A DNA stretch of 64,000 nt from NCBI GenBank assembly GCA_965238075.1, contig OZ250173.1:1856001-1920000 (forward strand). Direction: 5' to 3'. This DNA comes from Candidatus Entotheonellaceae bacterium. Lineage in GTDB: Bacteria; Tectomicrobia; Entotheonellia; Entotheonellales; Entotheonellaceae. Positions 42,769 to 52,069 of the stretch are shown one piece after another. The notes under the pieces were generated by a model. The model had not been told where the DNA came from. It made no database searches and saw only the letters and a list, made by a program, of their open reading frames with translations. Every line of letters starts with the position of its first letter. Positions within the stretch are counted from its first letter, which is position 1. Both the position numbers and the translations under genes were made by a program.

Positions 42769-43140
42769 GATGAGTCTGGCGCTGCTTAAAAAACCGGCCA
42801 GAACTTCATCGTCATACTCCGCCCGACTTTCGTCGAGGTCGCCGTCCAAAAACAAACTGGCAACCGGCTCTTGACCGGACAGGACTCGGTCCGGCATCGC
42901 TAACATCAGGGGTGCGGGTATGTCCAGCGTGGTAAAAAATTGGACGATTTTGTAACCCGGCTCAGGTCCGTCACTGACTATCTGCCAGTTGACGATAGCC
43001 TGAGTGACCGCGTCACTGTCAGAGTTATCGTAAGATGATGACGATGCACCATCTCCACCACCACCACAACCCGTCAGGACACAGAGTCCGGTGGTGGCAG
43101 TGGCACCAAGCAAAAAGTTCCGACGAGTTAATCTCAACAC
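42673..43140 (-). pseudogene. 5' half of a Tat-exported lipoprotein (split hydrolase)
   Basis: RBS GGAAGGAG, twin-arginine TRRNFL, lipobox LTGC and a Gly/Ser linker. It ends inside the duplicated segment. Confidence 0.65.
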
Positions 43141-43181
43141 TGCAGTCTCCTTCCTGTGTGAACAGTGTGTAAAAAACTACC

Positions 43182-43705
43182 CACTGTACATGACAAAAGT
43201 CATTAAGTAGTTGAAAGACAAGGTGTAACCTCCTATGGCGGAAGGTCTCAAACCGATCTGCAACGACTCATGTCTCAGGGAGATTACACCCGTGAAGCAC
43301 TCTACCATGCTCGCCGACTTGCTCCAATCGACCTTTGCCTTACACCGCGCTCGCCTCACCTGCCTGGCCGCCATCGTCATCGCCTTGTTCAAGGTCAAAA
43401 TCGTCAATCTGGCACAACCCGGCACCGCCTTCCCAGGCGCCGCCGAGATCGGCTCGCACGGTCGGCGCCTGAAATGCTTCTTCAAACACGTCCAATTCCA
43501 ACCCGCTCGCATGGCTGAGTTCATCCTCGCTTTTCTACCCGATGCCCCCTACACCTTAGCCTTGGATCGAACCCAATGGATGCTTGGCAGGACACCGATC
43601 AACTTCCTCGTCTTGTTCGTCGTCCACGACGGCATTGCCTTTCCTCTTTTCTGGAAGGTTCTGGCGAAAAAGGGCAATTCCAATACCCAGGGGCGCATCT
43701 CGGTA
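43182..43705 (+). mobile_element. truncated IS4-family element (5' remnant)
   Basis: IR-like CACTGTACATGACAAAA at 43182. Transposase N-terminus RLTCL..VNLAQ..RRLKCFF..LALDRTQW..AFPLFW..KKGNSN, then the sequence is cut off. Confidence 0.75.
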
Positions 43706-43813
43706 GCGGCGGTGAAAACGGGGAGAAGAGAAAGATACTGAAAATAAAGGGGCCGGCAGCTCCCCACGCGCCGGATTCTTTCAACGTTTCCGTAGGCATA
43801 AGGAGGCTCACTT

Positions 43814-45307
43814 ATGACTGCATCTGTCACCGCTTCGATGCTCTACGATCTCGTGTCGTGTCCGCATCGGGTTGCTATGGATCTGTTCGCCGACCCCTCG
43901 GAGCGCGATGCGCCAAATCCATTCATCCAGCTCCTCTGGGAGAAAGGCTCGCTTTTCGAGAAACAGGTCATCGAAGGTCTGGAGGTGCCCTGCACCGATC
44001 TTTCCCTGGAAGCTGGCGACGAAAAGGAACGGCAGACGCTGGAGGCCATGCAGCGCGGCGATTTCATGATCTACAGCGGACGTATACAGGCTGTGGGCCT
44101 GCTCGGTGATCCGGATCTGTTGCGCAGAGAAGGTGACGGGTATATGGCTGGCGACATCAAGTCAGGTTCGGGGGAGGAAGGCCCAGAGGACCATTCAAGG
44201 CCCAAGAAGCACTACGCCGTACAGCTCGCCCTTTACACGGACATTTTGGAGCGCAAGGGCCTTTCCGCTGGCAGACGCGCCTTCGTCTGGGACATCAACG
44301 GGGAAGAAGTCGTCTACGACTTCGAGGAACTTCACGGCAAACGGAATCCGAGGACCCTCTGGCAAGACTACCAGGAGTGTCTCGGCGAAGCGAAATCAAT
44401 CGTTGATCAGGCCAGTAAGACCCTTGCTGCATACAGCAGTCTCTGCAAGCTTTGCCACTGGTACACCGCTTGCACGTCACGCCTGGTCGATGCGAACGAC
44501 CTGACGCTGATCCCCCAGTTGGGCCGCACCAGTCGCGACACCTTGATGAATCGGTTCCCGACCATCCTGTCTTTGGCCGAGTCCGATCCCGCCAACTTTG
44601 TCGTTGGTAAAAAGACTGCCTTTCCGGGGATCGGGCTTGCGACCCTGGAGAAGTTTCACGCCCGCGCGCAGCTCATCGCGGCAGGTGACAAGGCAAAGCC
44701 CTATCTCCGGGAGTCGATCACGCTGCCAGGGGCGGAGTTGGAACTCTTTTTCGATATCGAAGTCGACCCGATGCGCGACATTTGTTACCTGCACGGATTC
44801 GTTGAGCGGCGCCACCGCAACAACGAAACGGAGAGGTTCGTTGCCTTCTTTGCCGATGAACCCACTGCGGAAGCCGAACGGCAGGCCTTTGAGGAGGCGT
44901 GGTGCTACCTGCGGGAACGTCAGTCCTGCGTCATGTATTACTACTCGAAATACGAGCGGACCATCTACAGGAAACTCCGCGAGAAATACCCTGACGTGTG
45001 CACGGAGGAAGAACTGGAAGCGCTGTTCGACCCGGAGCGGTCGGTGGATCTTTATTACGACGTGGTACTCAAGGCCACCGAATGGCCGACGCGAGACTTT
45101 TCGATTAAGACGTTGGCGAGTTATCTGGGGTTTGCTTGGCGGGATCCGCATCCGTCTGGAGCGGCGTCAATTGAATGGTTTCACCGTTGGGTAGAAACGG
45201 GCGATGCAACGATTCGCCAACGAATTCTTGACTATAACGAAGACGATTGCCGGGCGACGCGCGTCCTGCGTGACGGGATTGATGGCCTTGCCTTGAAGCC
45301 GAGGTAA
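43814..45307 (+). CDS. TM0106-family RecB-like nuclease with C-terminal RNase H-like domain
   Basis: GDPDLL..GDIK..QLALY (PD-(D/E)xK), CKLCHWY..C, FFDIE, YSKYE, VDLY, SIKTLA and YNEDDC. RBS AGGAGG. Confidence 0.85.
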   Translation: MTASVTASMLYDLVSCPHRVAMDLFADPSERDAPNPFIQLLWEKGSLFEKQVIEGLEVPCTDLSLEAGDEKERQTLEAMQRGDFMIYSGRIQAVGLLGDPDLLRREGDGYMAGDIKSGSGEEGPEDHSRPKKHYAVQLALYTDILERKGLSAGRRAFVWDINGEEVVYDFEELHGKRNPRTLWQDYQECLGEAKSIVDQASKTLAAYSSLCKLCHWYTACTSRLVDANDLTLIPQLGRTSRDTLMNRFPTILSLAESDPANFVVGKKTAFPGIGLATLEKFHARAQLIAAGDKAKPYLRESITLPGAELELFFDIEVDPMRDICYLHGFVERRHRNNETERFVAFFADEPTAEAERQAFEEAWCYLRERQSCVMYYYSKYERTIYRKLREKYPDVCTEEELEALFDPERSVDLYYDVVLKATEWPTRDFSIKTLASYLGFAWRDPHPSGAASIEWFHRWVETGDATIRQRILDYNEDDCRATRVLRDGIDGLALKPR

Positions 45308-45344
45308 GCCGGATGACCGAGCTGCAGCAAACGGAGGACGCCCT

Positions 45345-45404
45345 ATGAAATCCTTTCAACTTGTCGTCGAGCAGACCCGTCGTTCTGGATGGGCGGCGGG
45401 GTAG
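45345..45404 (+). CDS. putative attenuator leader peptide MKSFQLVVEQTRRSGWAAG
   Basis: GGAGG RBS 7 nt before the ATG and a 19-codon ORF directly before a strong terminator. Confidence 0.45.
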   Translation: MKSFQLVVEQTRRSGWAAG

Positions 45405-45424
45405 TTGGTTTTGGCAGTCCGATT

Positions 45425-45459
45425 GAGGCCGTCCTGAGTATCGGGACGGCCTTTTTTTT
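45425..45459 (+). terminator. intrinsic terminator
   Basis: GAGGCCGTCCTGA-gta-TCGGGACGGCC followed by T8. Confidence 0.85.
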
Positions 45460-45548
45460 CTTCGAGGCCAAGGAAGGGAGAGGGTGTTGTCCGGCAGCAC
45501 CAGCCTTCACCGGCCGGTGAGGAGCGAAAGACTCTGGAACAACGAGAT

Positions 45549-47447
45549 TCAGGCCAGACGCAGCACCAGATCTTCGGGAATCGGCAGGCGGGCGATTTGT
45601 CCGGGAAAGCCGAGTTCCTGGCGGATGACCTGAAAAAAAACGCTGTCGTGCACCTTCCGGCCTTGCAGACGACTGGCCAGCACGTCGGCGACGGCCAAGT
45701 CCCGACTGAACGTGACCAAGCCGGGGTGCGGTATGAGGTCGTAATTGCCCCACCGACTTCGGTATAGCCCGCGCCGGTTCCAGCGCACCGCGGCGTGCAG
45801 TCCTTCCACCATCCCATACATGTCGAATAGACAACCGTACAGCTTCGCCAGATCACAACAGACACGGGCAAAATGGGTCATGTTCGGACCGTGCCACGCC
45901 GTGCGCAGCACGTCCGGGATGAGGCCGAACAGATTGGCGACACTGAGGCGCGTCGGCCCCTTGAACCGTGCGAAGCTGAGGAACGGCGCGCCGCGGTGAG
46001 CCAACAGCGCTTCGGGTACATAGGCAGCCAGGGCGGGATGATGTAGCCGTACACCGGCCTCGCGCAAGATCGCCTCAATGCTTTCTTGCGGCGCGCACCG
46101 TCCGTCCCAGAAGGCTTCGGTGACATTCAGGTACTGTGCTTTGTGCTTCCGAATCACCTCTGCCAGGCCGGTGCGCCGCAGGTAGTCCGCCTCTTGCTCG
46201 GCAATCCAGGCGCGATGTTGCCGGCTGTGCTTGGCCCAATCCCATGTGGCGCCGCCGAGGTTGCGGCTCGACGTATGGCCCTCAAGGAGCACCGCCTGTC
46301 CGGGCAGGGCGCCGAGCAGCATGTCCAGGGCCACCGGGTCCGTGTACGTTCCCGGGGCGTAACCGTGCCACGTGACCTTGATGAAGACGTGCGTGGGGGA
46401 AGATGATTGCCGCAAGCGTCCGAAGAGACGGGCGAGTCCTTCCTGGTCGTAGACCTCGGCAACAAGGCCGGTGCCGTAGCACAGGTTGGCGTCCAATGGC
46501 TCGGTCAGGTCGGTGAGCGGGCAGCTTGTCTGGGGGCCGCGTAGACGGCTGACCTGTGGGCTGCGGCGCTGTTTGGCGGATGGTTCCTTGACGGCGAATT
46601 TGTCGCGTCTTTCTTGCCAGAGCCGCAGGATACGTTGCGCGAGCCATGTCAGTAGCCCAGGCGTGGCCCGGTCTCGGTCTGACGGCAGGGCAATGCTCCC
46701 GACAGGCTCCGTCGTCATCCAGGTGCGTGCGGCCGGCACCGTGCGGCTGAACTCGTCGCAGCTCGTTCGTACCTCGTCGTCGTGTGCATTGCGCCACGCC
46801 GCCTGTGGCACGATGACCCACGTCAGGTGTTCCCGCGTACAGCGTTCAAGCTGTTCCCGCAGCGAGGGCCGGGCATGGCGGCAAAATCCCACCTCGCCCC
46901 GCGCGCAACCGACTTGTTCCCATAGCAGGCGCATCAACCGGTAGCTTTGTGACCGTCCGGCGCCGGCGCCGTCACCGCTGGCGGCGAGCAGCAGGCCCAC
47001 CTGCTCGGGCTTGAGGGGCGAGCCCGCGAGCTGTTGGTACACGCGCTCCGCCCAGGCCTCGACCAACAAGGGGTGACAGGGGTCCACGTCGTCGTAGGCG
47101 ATCGTCGTCTGGGGAAATTGCTGCCGTACGCTTGCGGTAATTTCGGCCAGTTGTGCTTTTTGCACGAGGCCAAAATCAAGCATGGTGGGAATCAGGAAGA
47201 TATCGCCCCTGCGGGCTGCCGCCTCGTGGGCCAGGACCGTTGCCAGGTCGAAACGCAGCGCGGCTGACGGCTTGTCGGGCGCGCGCAGGAGGTGAGACGC
47301 GGGTGGCAGGCAGGCCAGACGGATACGCGGCGCAAAGCCGAGTTGCGGCGCCAACGGCTCCGTCAGCGCCTCGGCTTGCGCCAGGGCGGTCGGCCAGTCG
47401 GGGTGATACGCCGTCAACTCGGTGACGAGTATGAATGAGGGAGGCAT
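45549..47447 (-). CDS. CbiX/SirB-like chelatase-fold + DUF362-like fusion protein
   Basis: The N-half resembles the two-domain CbiX fold (IFLIP..RQQFP..HPLL..ERV; LLLAASG..RLLWEQ..EVGF..PSL..VIVP). The C-half resembles DUF362 (VFIK..TYTDP..EG..YLNV..LSVANLFGLIP..H). It is the last gene of the guanidine operon. Confidence 0.6.
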   Translation of the reverse strand: MPPSFILVTELTAYHPDWPTALAQAEALTEPLAPQLGFAPRIRLACLPPASHLLRAPDKPSAALRFDLATVLAHEAAARRGDIFLIPTMLDFGLVQKAQLAEITASVRQQFPQTTIAYDDVDPCHPLLVEAWAERVYQQLAGSPLKPEQVGLLLAASGDGAGAGRSQSYRLMRLLWEQVGCARGEVGFCRHARPSLREQLERCTREHLTWVIVPQAAWRNAHDDEVRTSCDEFSRTVPAARTWMTTEPVGSIALPSDRDRATPGLLTWLAQRILRLWQERRDKFAVKEPSAKQRRSPQVSRLRGPQTSCPLTDLTEPLDANLCYGTGLVAEVYDQEGLARLFGRLRQSSSPTHVFIKVTWHGYAPGTYTDPVALDMLLGALPGQAVLLEGHTSSRNLGGATWDWAKHSRQHRAWIAEQEADYLRRTGLAEVIRKHKAQYLNVTEAFWDGRCAPQESIEAILREAGVRLHHPALAAYVPEALLAHRGAPFLSFARFKGPTRLSVANLFGLIPDVLRTAWHGPNMTHFARVCCDLAKLYGCLFDMYGMVEGLHAAVRWNRRGLYRSRWGNYDLIPHPGLVTFSRDLAVADVLASRLQGRKVHDSVFFQVIRQELGFPGQIARLPIPEDLVLRLA

Positions 47448-47467
47448 TGTCAGGCCACCATGCGTCC

Positions 47468-48595
47468 TTACGCCGCGCCTGCCTTGGGCAAGTGGCCGGC
47501 GCGGACCAGGCAACCGAGCGTGTCACAAATCACGCGGCAGGCCATCAGAGAGGTGATCTCGGCGTTGTCGTACGGCGGTGCACACTCGACGACTTCCATG
47601 CCGGCGAAGCCCTCGGCGGCTATCAGGTGGATGAATTTCAACACCTCTCGCGGCAGAAAACCACCCGGCTCCGGCCATCCCGTGCCGGGAACAAACGCCG
47701 CGTCGAGACAGTCGATATCGAACGACAGCCACACCGCATCGGCCCCGTCCCATGCTACCTCAAGGGCGCGTTCCGCAGCTTTCTCGATTCCCATCTCGAC
47801 GCAGTCCGTGACGGTCATGATCGTTGTGCCGCGTTCCCGTGACACCTTGACCCCGGCGCGCGGCGCCTGCCAGCCGCCAATACCGATCTGCACCAGGTTT
47901 TTGGCCGGCACGTTGGGCAGGTTGGTGGCATGAAACCACGGCGTGGTGTGCATGCGTTCGTCGAGGTCCGTGTCTTGCGTGTCGACATGGCGGTCGAAGT
48001 GGATGATTCCAAGGTTGCCGCCGCCCAGATGCTCGGCGATTGCTCGTGTGGTGGGATAACCCAGCGAGTGATCGCCGCCGAGCACCACCGGAAAAGCGCC
48101 CGAAGCAAAGACGTGTCCCACGGCCTTGCTCACCTGGTCGAAGGTCTTTTCGATATTGGCGGGGATGGTGAAAATATCGCCCAGGTCGCACATGGTGATC
48201 GATTCACGCAGGTCGACGCCGAGCTCGAAGCTGTAGGAGCCGTACAGGGCGGATATTTTGCGGATGCCCTGCGGTCCGAAGCGGGCGCCGGCCCGGTACG
48301 TGGTGCCGCCGTCGAAGGGCGCCCCAACAATCGCTACGTCGTAGTTGCCGCATTGCCGCACGTCCTCAAGGAAATGTTGCTTGAGGAAGGTGTTGATGCC
48401 GGCGAAATGCGGTAATTCCCCGCGGCTGAACGTGGGTATTGACCGGTCCACGACCGAATCGGCCGCCGGCAATCCCACCTCGAGCCGCCAGGCGATTTCC
48501 TGCTCGTATTTCGTTTGCGGCAGCGCAGCTTCCGCCTCGACGGCGTAACGCGCCTCCGGACCGTGCCGCGACTGCGGTGTGGCATCCTCAGGCAT
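47468..48595 (-). CDS. gdmH: guanidine hydrolase (GdmH-like, ureohydrolase family)
   Basis: N-terminal extension DRSIPTFSRGELPHFAGINTF, GTTYR, GGDHS, HFDRHVDTQ..DERMH, SFDIDCLD and PGTGWPEPGG. It closely matches my recollection of Synechocystis Sll1077 rather than canonical agmatinase. Confidence 0.85.
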   Translation of the reverse strand: MPEDATPQSRHGPEARYAVEAEAALPQTKYEQEIAWRLEVGLPAADSVVDRSIPTFSRGELPHFAGINTFLKQHFLEDVRQCGNYDVAIVGAPFDGGTTYRAGARFGPQGIRKISALYGSYSFELGVDLRESITMCDLGDIFTIPANIEKTFDQVSKAVGHVFASGAFPVVLGGDHSLGYPTTRAIAEHLGGGNLGIIHFDRHVDTQDTDLDERMHTTPWFHATNLPNVPAKNLVQIGIGGWQAPRAGVKVSRERGTTIMTVTDCVEMGIEKAAERALEVAWDGADAVWLSFDIDCLDAAFVPGTGWPEPGGFLPREVLKFIHLIAAEGFAGMEVVECAPPYDNAEITSLMACRVICDTLGCLVRAGHLPKAGAA

Positions 48596-48631
48596 TCCTG
48601 TTCTCCTCGCTCCCAACGTGTATATCTTGTA

Positions 48632-49537
48632 TCACAACGCCTCATCACCAACGTACGTCATGCGAAAAATCGGCAAGGGCATGTCCCGGGCTTCTCCCGG
48701 CGGATGAATAAGTTCCTCCAAGCGCTGCTTGGTGGCAAAGAACGCCGGCGCCAGCAGGTGCTCGGGGCGACGCGGCCGCGGCACGGGCACCTCGATGATC
48801 TCCTTGATCGAACCGGGATTACGCCCCAGCACGACAATCCGGTCGGCCAGGTAGGTGGCTTCGTCAAGATCGTGGGTGATAAACAGAACGGTGATATTGA
48901 CGTTACGCCAGATCTGCAACAGATAACCCTGCATCTGCGCCCTGGTCTGCGCATCGAGGGCCCCGAAGGGTTCGTCCATGAGCAGAACGCGCGGCTCGTT
49001 GGCGAGGGCGCGGGCAATGGCCACGCGCTGCTGCATACCGCCCGAGAGTTGGTGTGGATAGTGGTCGATAAAGTCAGCCAGCCCCACCATGTCGATCCAC
49101 TGTCTGGCGGTTGCCTCGGCGTGCTGCGAGCTGCAGCCGGTCATGCGCAGTCCGAACATGACGTTCTTTTTCACCGTCAGCCACGGGAACAGGGTATAGC
49201 TCTGAAACACCATGCCGCGCTCTGGGCCCGGCTCCCGCACTGCTTCGCCATCCAGCAGGACCGTGCCGGCCGTCGGGGATTCCAGGCCGGCAATGATCCG
49301 GTTCAGGGTCGACTTGCCGCAGCCGGAGGGACCGATGACACAGATGAATTCGCGGCGGTGGATCTGGAAGGTGATGTCCCGGAGCGCCACCACGTCCTCG
49401 CCCTGGCTGCCGATAAAGGTCTTGTCGAGTCCCTGGACGTGCAGAATCACCGGGCGCTGCCGGATGCGGCCAAAACGCTCGCGCACCGCCGGCTCCATGT
49501 CCGTATAGCTGGGAAGTTCAAGAGGCAGCGCCATCAA
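48632..49537 (-). CDS. NitT/TauT-family ABC transporter ATP-binding protein
   Basis: [38 protein letters not shown] and ITHDLDEA. Confidence 0.93.
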   Translation of the reverse strand: MMALPLELPSYTDMEPAVRERFGRIRQRPVILHVQGLDKTFIGSQGEDVVALRDITFQIHRREFICVIGPSGCGKSTLNRIIAGLESPTAGTVLLDGEAVREPGPERGMVFQSYTLFPWLTVKKNVMFGLRMTGCSSQHAEATARQWIDMVGLADFIDHYPHQLSGGMQQRVAIARALANEPRVLLMDEPFGALDAQTRAQMQGYLLQIWRNVNITVLFITHDLDEATYLADRIVVLGRNPGSIKEIIEVPVPRPRRPEHLLAPAFFATKQRLEELIHPPGEARDMPLPIFRMTYVGDEAL

Positions 49538-50600
49538 CAGACCTCGCCTCCCGGGTGGGAGATGCGGGAACGGCGGCCGGCACCCGTCTACGGACCGCGG
49601 CGCCGAGCGTTCGAGAGAGGGTCGTCAGAAAGCCTGGGGCCCCTTGCCGCTGCGCCGGAAACATCTGGCGTCCGAACAGCCGCAGGATCTGATCGGTGCC
49701 GATCCCAAGCAGGCCGATGCTCACGATGCCGGCATAGACCCGCTCGAAATTGAAATAGCGCCCCTGCTGCTGGATATACGCCGTGATGCCGCTCTTTTCA
49801 CCGATGAGCTCCGCCACGATGAGGTACGTCCAGGCCCAGCCGAGCAGGATGCGCATGTCGATATACAGCCTGGGCAGCACACCGGGAATCACCACGTGCG
49901 TCACCAGCCGCCAGCGCCTGGCGCCGAGGGTCTGGGCGGCTTCCAGGAGCGCGGTGTCGGTCTGCCGCGTGGTGTTGGCCAGCACCAGCACCATCTGGAA
50001 GAAGGTGCCGATAAAGATGATGGCGACTTTCGGGGCTTCCTGGGTGCCGAGAATGGCGACCATCAGCGTGCCGAAGGCTGGCGCCGGCATGTAGCGAATG
50101 AAGTCGATAACCGGTTCGTTGAGCTTCGAGAACAGGGCGAACGTGCCGCACAGGACGCCCAGCGGCACGCCCAGGAGGCTCGCCCACACAAAACCCCAGA
50201 AGATAACCCGCAGGCTTTCGTAGATCCGTTGGTGGAACCATTTGTCGGTTATCCGGTTGCGCGGCGGTGTGGTGAAGACCGTGTACAGGGCGTGCAAGAC
50301 CTCATGGGGTGCCGGCAGGAACACGGGGTTGGCCGGCTGGCCCACGGCCGGCGTCTTGCCGTCTTGTAACGCCCGGGCATTCATCCGCTCCACCATCGGC
50401 GGGTCGTACCGTTTGCCCTCCAGCAGGACGGTGTCGTGAGACGCAAGGATCAAAACCTTGGGGTGCCAGACGAACGGCAGATAACTGACCGCGCACCACA
50501 CGCCGCAGGGCAGCAGGAACGCCAGGATGCTCAGCGCCAAGGCACGGCGTGGCGCGAACTCGCGTCGGACCGCCAGCCAGGGTGTTGGCGCGTGCTGCAT
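49518..50600 (-). CDS. NitT/TauT-family ABC transporter permease
   Basis: [23 protein letters not shown] (EAA loop) and WTYLIVAEL. Confidence 0.92.
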   Translation of the reverse strand: MQHAPTPWLAVRREFAPRRALALSILAFLLPCGVWCAVSYLPFVWHPKVLILASHDTVLLEGKRYDPPMVERMNARALQDGKTPAVGQPANPVFLPAPHEVLHALYTVFTTPPRNRITDKWFHQRIYESLRVIFWGFVWASLLGVPLGVLCGTFALFSKLNEPVIDFIRYMPAPAFGTLMVAILGTQEAPKVAIIFIGTFFQMVLVLANTTRQTDTALLEAAQTLGARRWRLVTHVVIPGVLPRLYIDMRILLGWAWTYLIVAELIGEKSGITAYIQQQGRYFNFERVYAGIVSIGLLGIGTDQILRLFGRQMFPAQRQGAPGFLTTLSRTLGAAVRRRVPAAVPASPTREARSVDGAAS

Positions 50601-50601
50601 G

Positions 50602-51633
50602 CTACTTCTGCTTCAGGGTAAAGGTGAGGCTCGGGTCGAAGTAGCTATCCCCGGTCTCCGCCTGCGGATAGACGCCGTACTTGACGTTGAAGGTGTCGAC
50701 GTAGGCGTTCGAGCCCTTGAGGGATTTCAGCCCCGCCGATTCGTCGGCCTGCCAGACGGACAGGGCCTCGTCGAGCGACAGGATGCGCGTGCCGGCCAGA
50801 AACGGGGCGTATTCGTCGGGCGGCAGCCCGACGCGGGCACTGAGTATTTCGAGCATCTCCTCGCGGTTGGCCGGGTCCTCCATGAACGCCACGATGCGAT
50901 ACCACACCCGCACCACTTTGGCCCAGTCGCCGCCTCTTTCTGACAGGCTTTCGTGCGACACGTACAGCATATCGTAGATGATGCCGGGACTGTCCGCGCT
51001 GGAGTACAGCCGCTTCGAGCCGGGAACGATCTTGAGCGCCTGGCCCGAGTTCGGCTGCCAGGCGGTGATGGCGTCGACGCTGCCGGCTGCCAGCGCCTGG
51101 GGCAGTTCATTCGTTGGGATATTCACCAGCGTGACGTCGTTTTCGGTCATGCCGTGGGCTTCGAGGGCCGTCAGCAGCAGCAGGTGCCCGACAAAGCCGA
51201 CCTCAACGCCGACCTTTTTGCCTTTCAGGTCCGTGATCGAATCAATGCCGGGTTGGCCAACGACCATATCATTGCCGTTGGAATAGTCGTTCAGAATAAT
51301 GGCGGTTGACGGCTTGCCTGAAGCCGCCCCTATGACCAGGGCGTCGCCGTTCGTCATGCAGACGGCATCAGCCTGGCCGGCGGCGAAGGCATCCATGCCC
51401 GCTACGTAGTCCATCCACAACAACTCCACCGCGACGCCTTCCTGAGCGAAAAAGTCCTTCTGTCTGGCAATCTCCCAAGTCACCCAGCCGGGCCAGTCGC
51501 TGTAGATGAGTTTCAACGCTGGGCGATCCTCAGCTACGGCATGAGCGCCCCAGCCGGGCAGCAGGATCAAGCCCAGTAGACATAGACACAGTATCTGCCG
51601 CTTCATAGTCGCGTATGCCATGCGTTTTTCCAC
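50602..51633 (-). CDS. ABC substrate-binding protein (NMT1/urea-guanidine type)
   Basis: Signal peptide, [22 protein letters not shown] and AWQP. GTG start follows AAGGAG. Confidence 0.9.
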   Translation of the reverse strand: MEKRMAYATMKRQILCLCLLGLILLPGWGAHAVAEDRPALKLIYSDWPGWVTWEIARQKDFFAQEGVAVELLWMDYVAGMDAFAAGQADAVCMTNGDALVIGAASGKPSTAIILNDYSNGNDMVVGQPGIDSITDLKGKKVGVEVGFVGHLLLLTALEAHGMTENDVTLVNIPTNELPQALAAGSVDAITAWQPNSGQALKIVPGSKRLYSSADSPGIIYDMLYVSHESLSERGGDWAKVVRVWYRIVAFMEDPANREEMLEILSARVGLPPDEYAPFLAGTRILSLDEALSVWQADESAGLKSLKGSNAYVDTFNVKYGVYPQAETGDSYFDPSLTFTLKQK

Positions 51634-51738
51634 CTTCTTCGCTCCTTTGTAGACTGTGCACCGCGAGGCGGGAAACCCGACAGGCAACACGGATTGCGCC
51701 TGTATGCCTCCCGCACGAGCCCCTGTGTCACTTGATGA

Positions 51739-51773
51739 AGCAAATTAGGTGCCAAAGAGCAAACGGGATGCCA
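51739..51773 (-). promoter_or_regulatory. two tandem sigma54 (-24/-12) promoter motifs
   Basis: On the minus strand, TGGCAT-cccgt-TTGCT (51773-51758) and TGGCAC-ctaat-TTGCT (51754-51739). Confidence 0.75.
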
Positions 51774-52069
51774 AATTCGCAAAGTCGCTGCCCGATCGGC
51801 TCGACATCCGGGACCTGTTGCCGAATGATCATCACGACTTGCAACGGGTTGGCGCTTTGACACGATCAAGTCTTTCGGCAGAGCCGGGCCGGGACCGGGG
51901 AAGAGAGCAATTCCACAAGAACGGCTTGTATCATAACATTTACGTAGGAAAGTCCACATTAAGGTTAAAATTATGCGTTCTGCCGGAGCAATCTCACGCA
52001 GACAAGCTTGCACGCCGCAAGCCTTGGCGGTCATACTGGCCGCAAATTGTCAGAAAAGGAGTTGTTCAG

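Noticed and set aside
51928-51943. Possible NtcA box
   Set aside because: The spacing is GTA-N10-TAC, not N8.
51634-52069. Guanidine riboswitch expected upstream of the GdmH operon
   Set aside because: No guanidine-I (AAAAGCCCGGGAG-like), -II (ACGR tetraloop pair) or -III consensus is visible. A covariance search is needed to exclude one fully.
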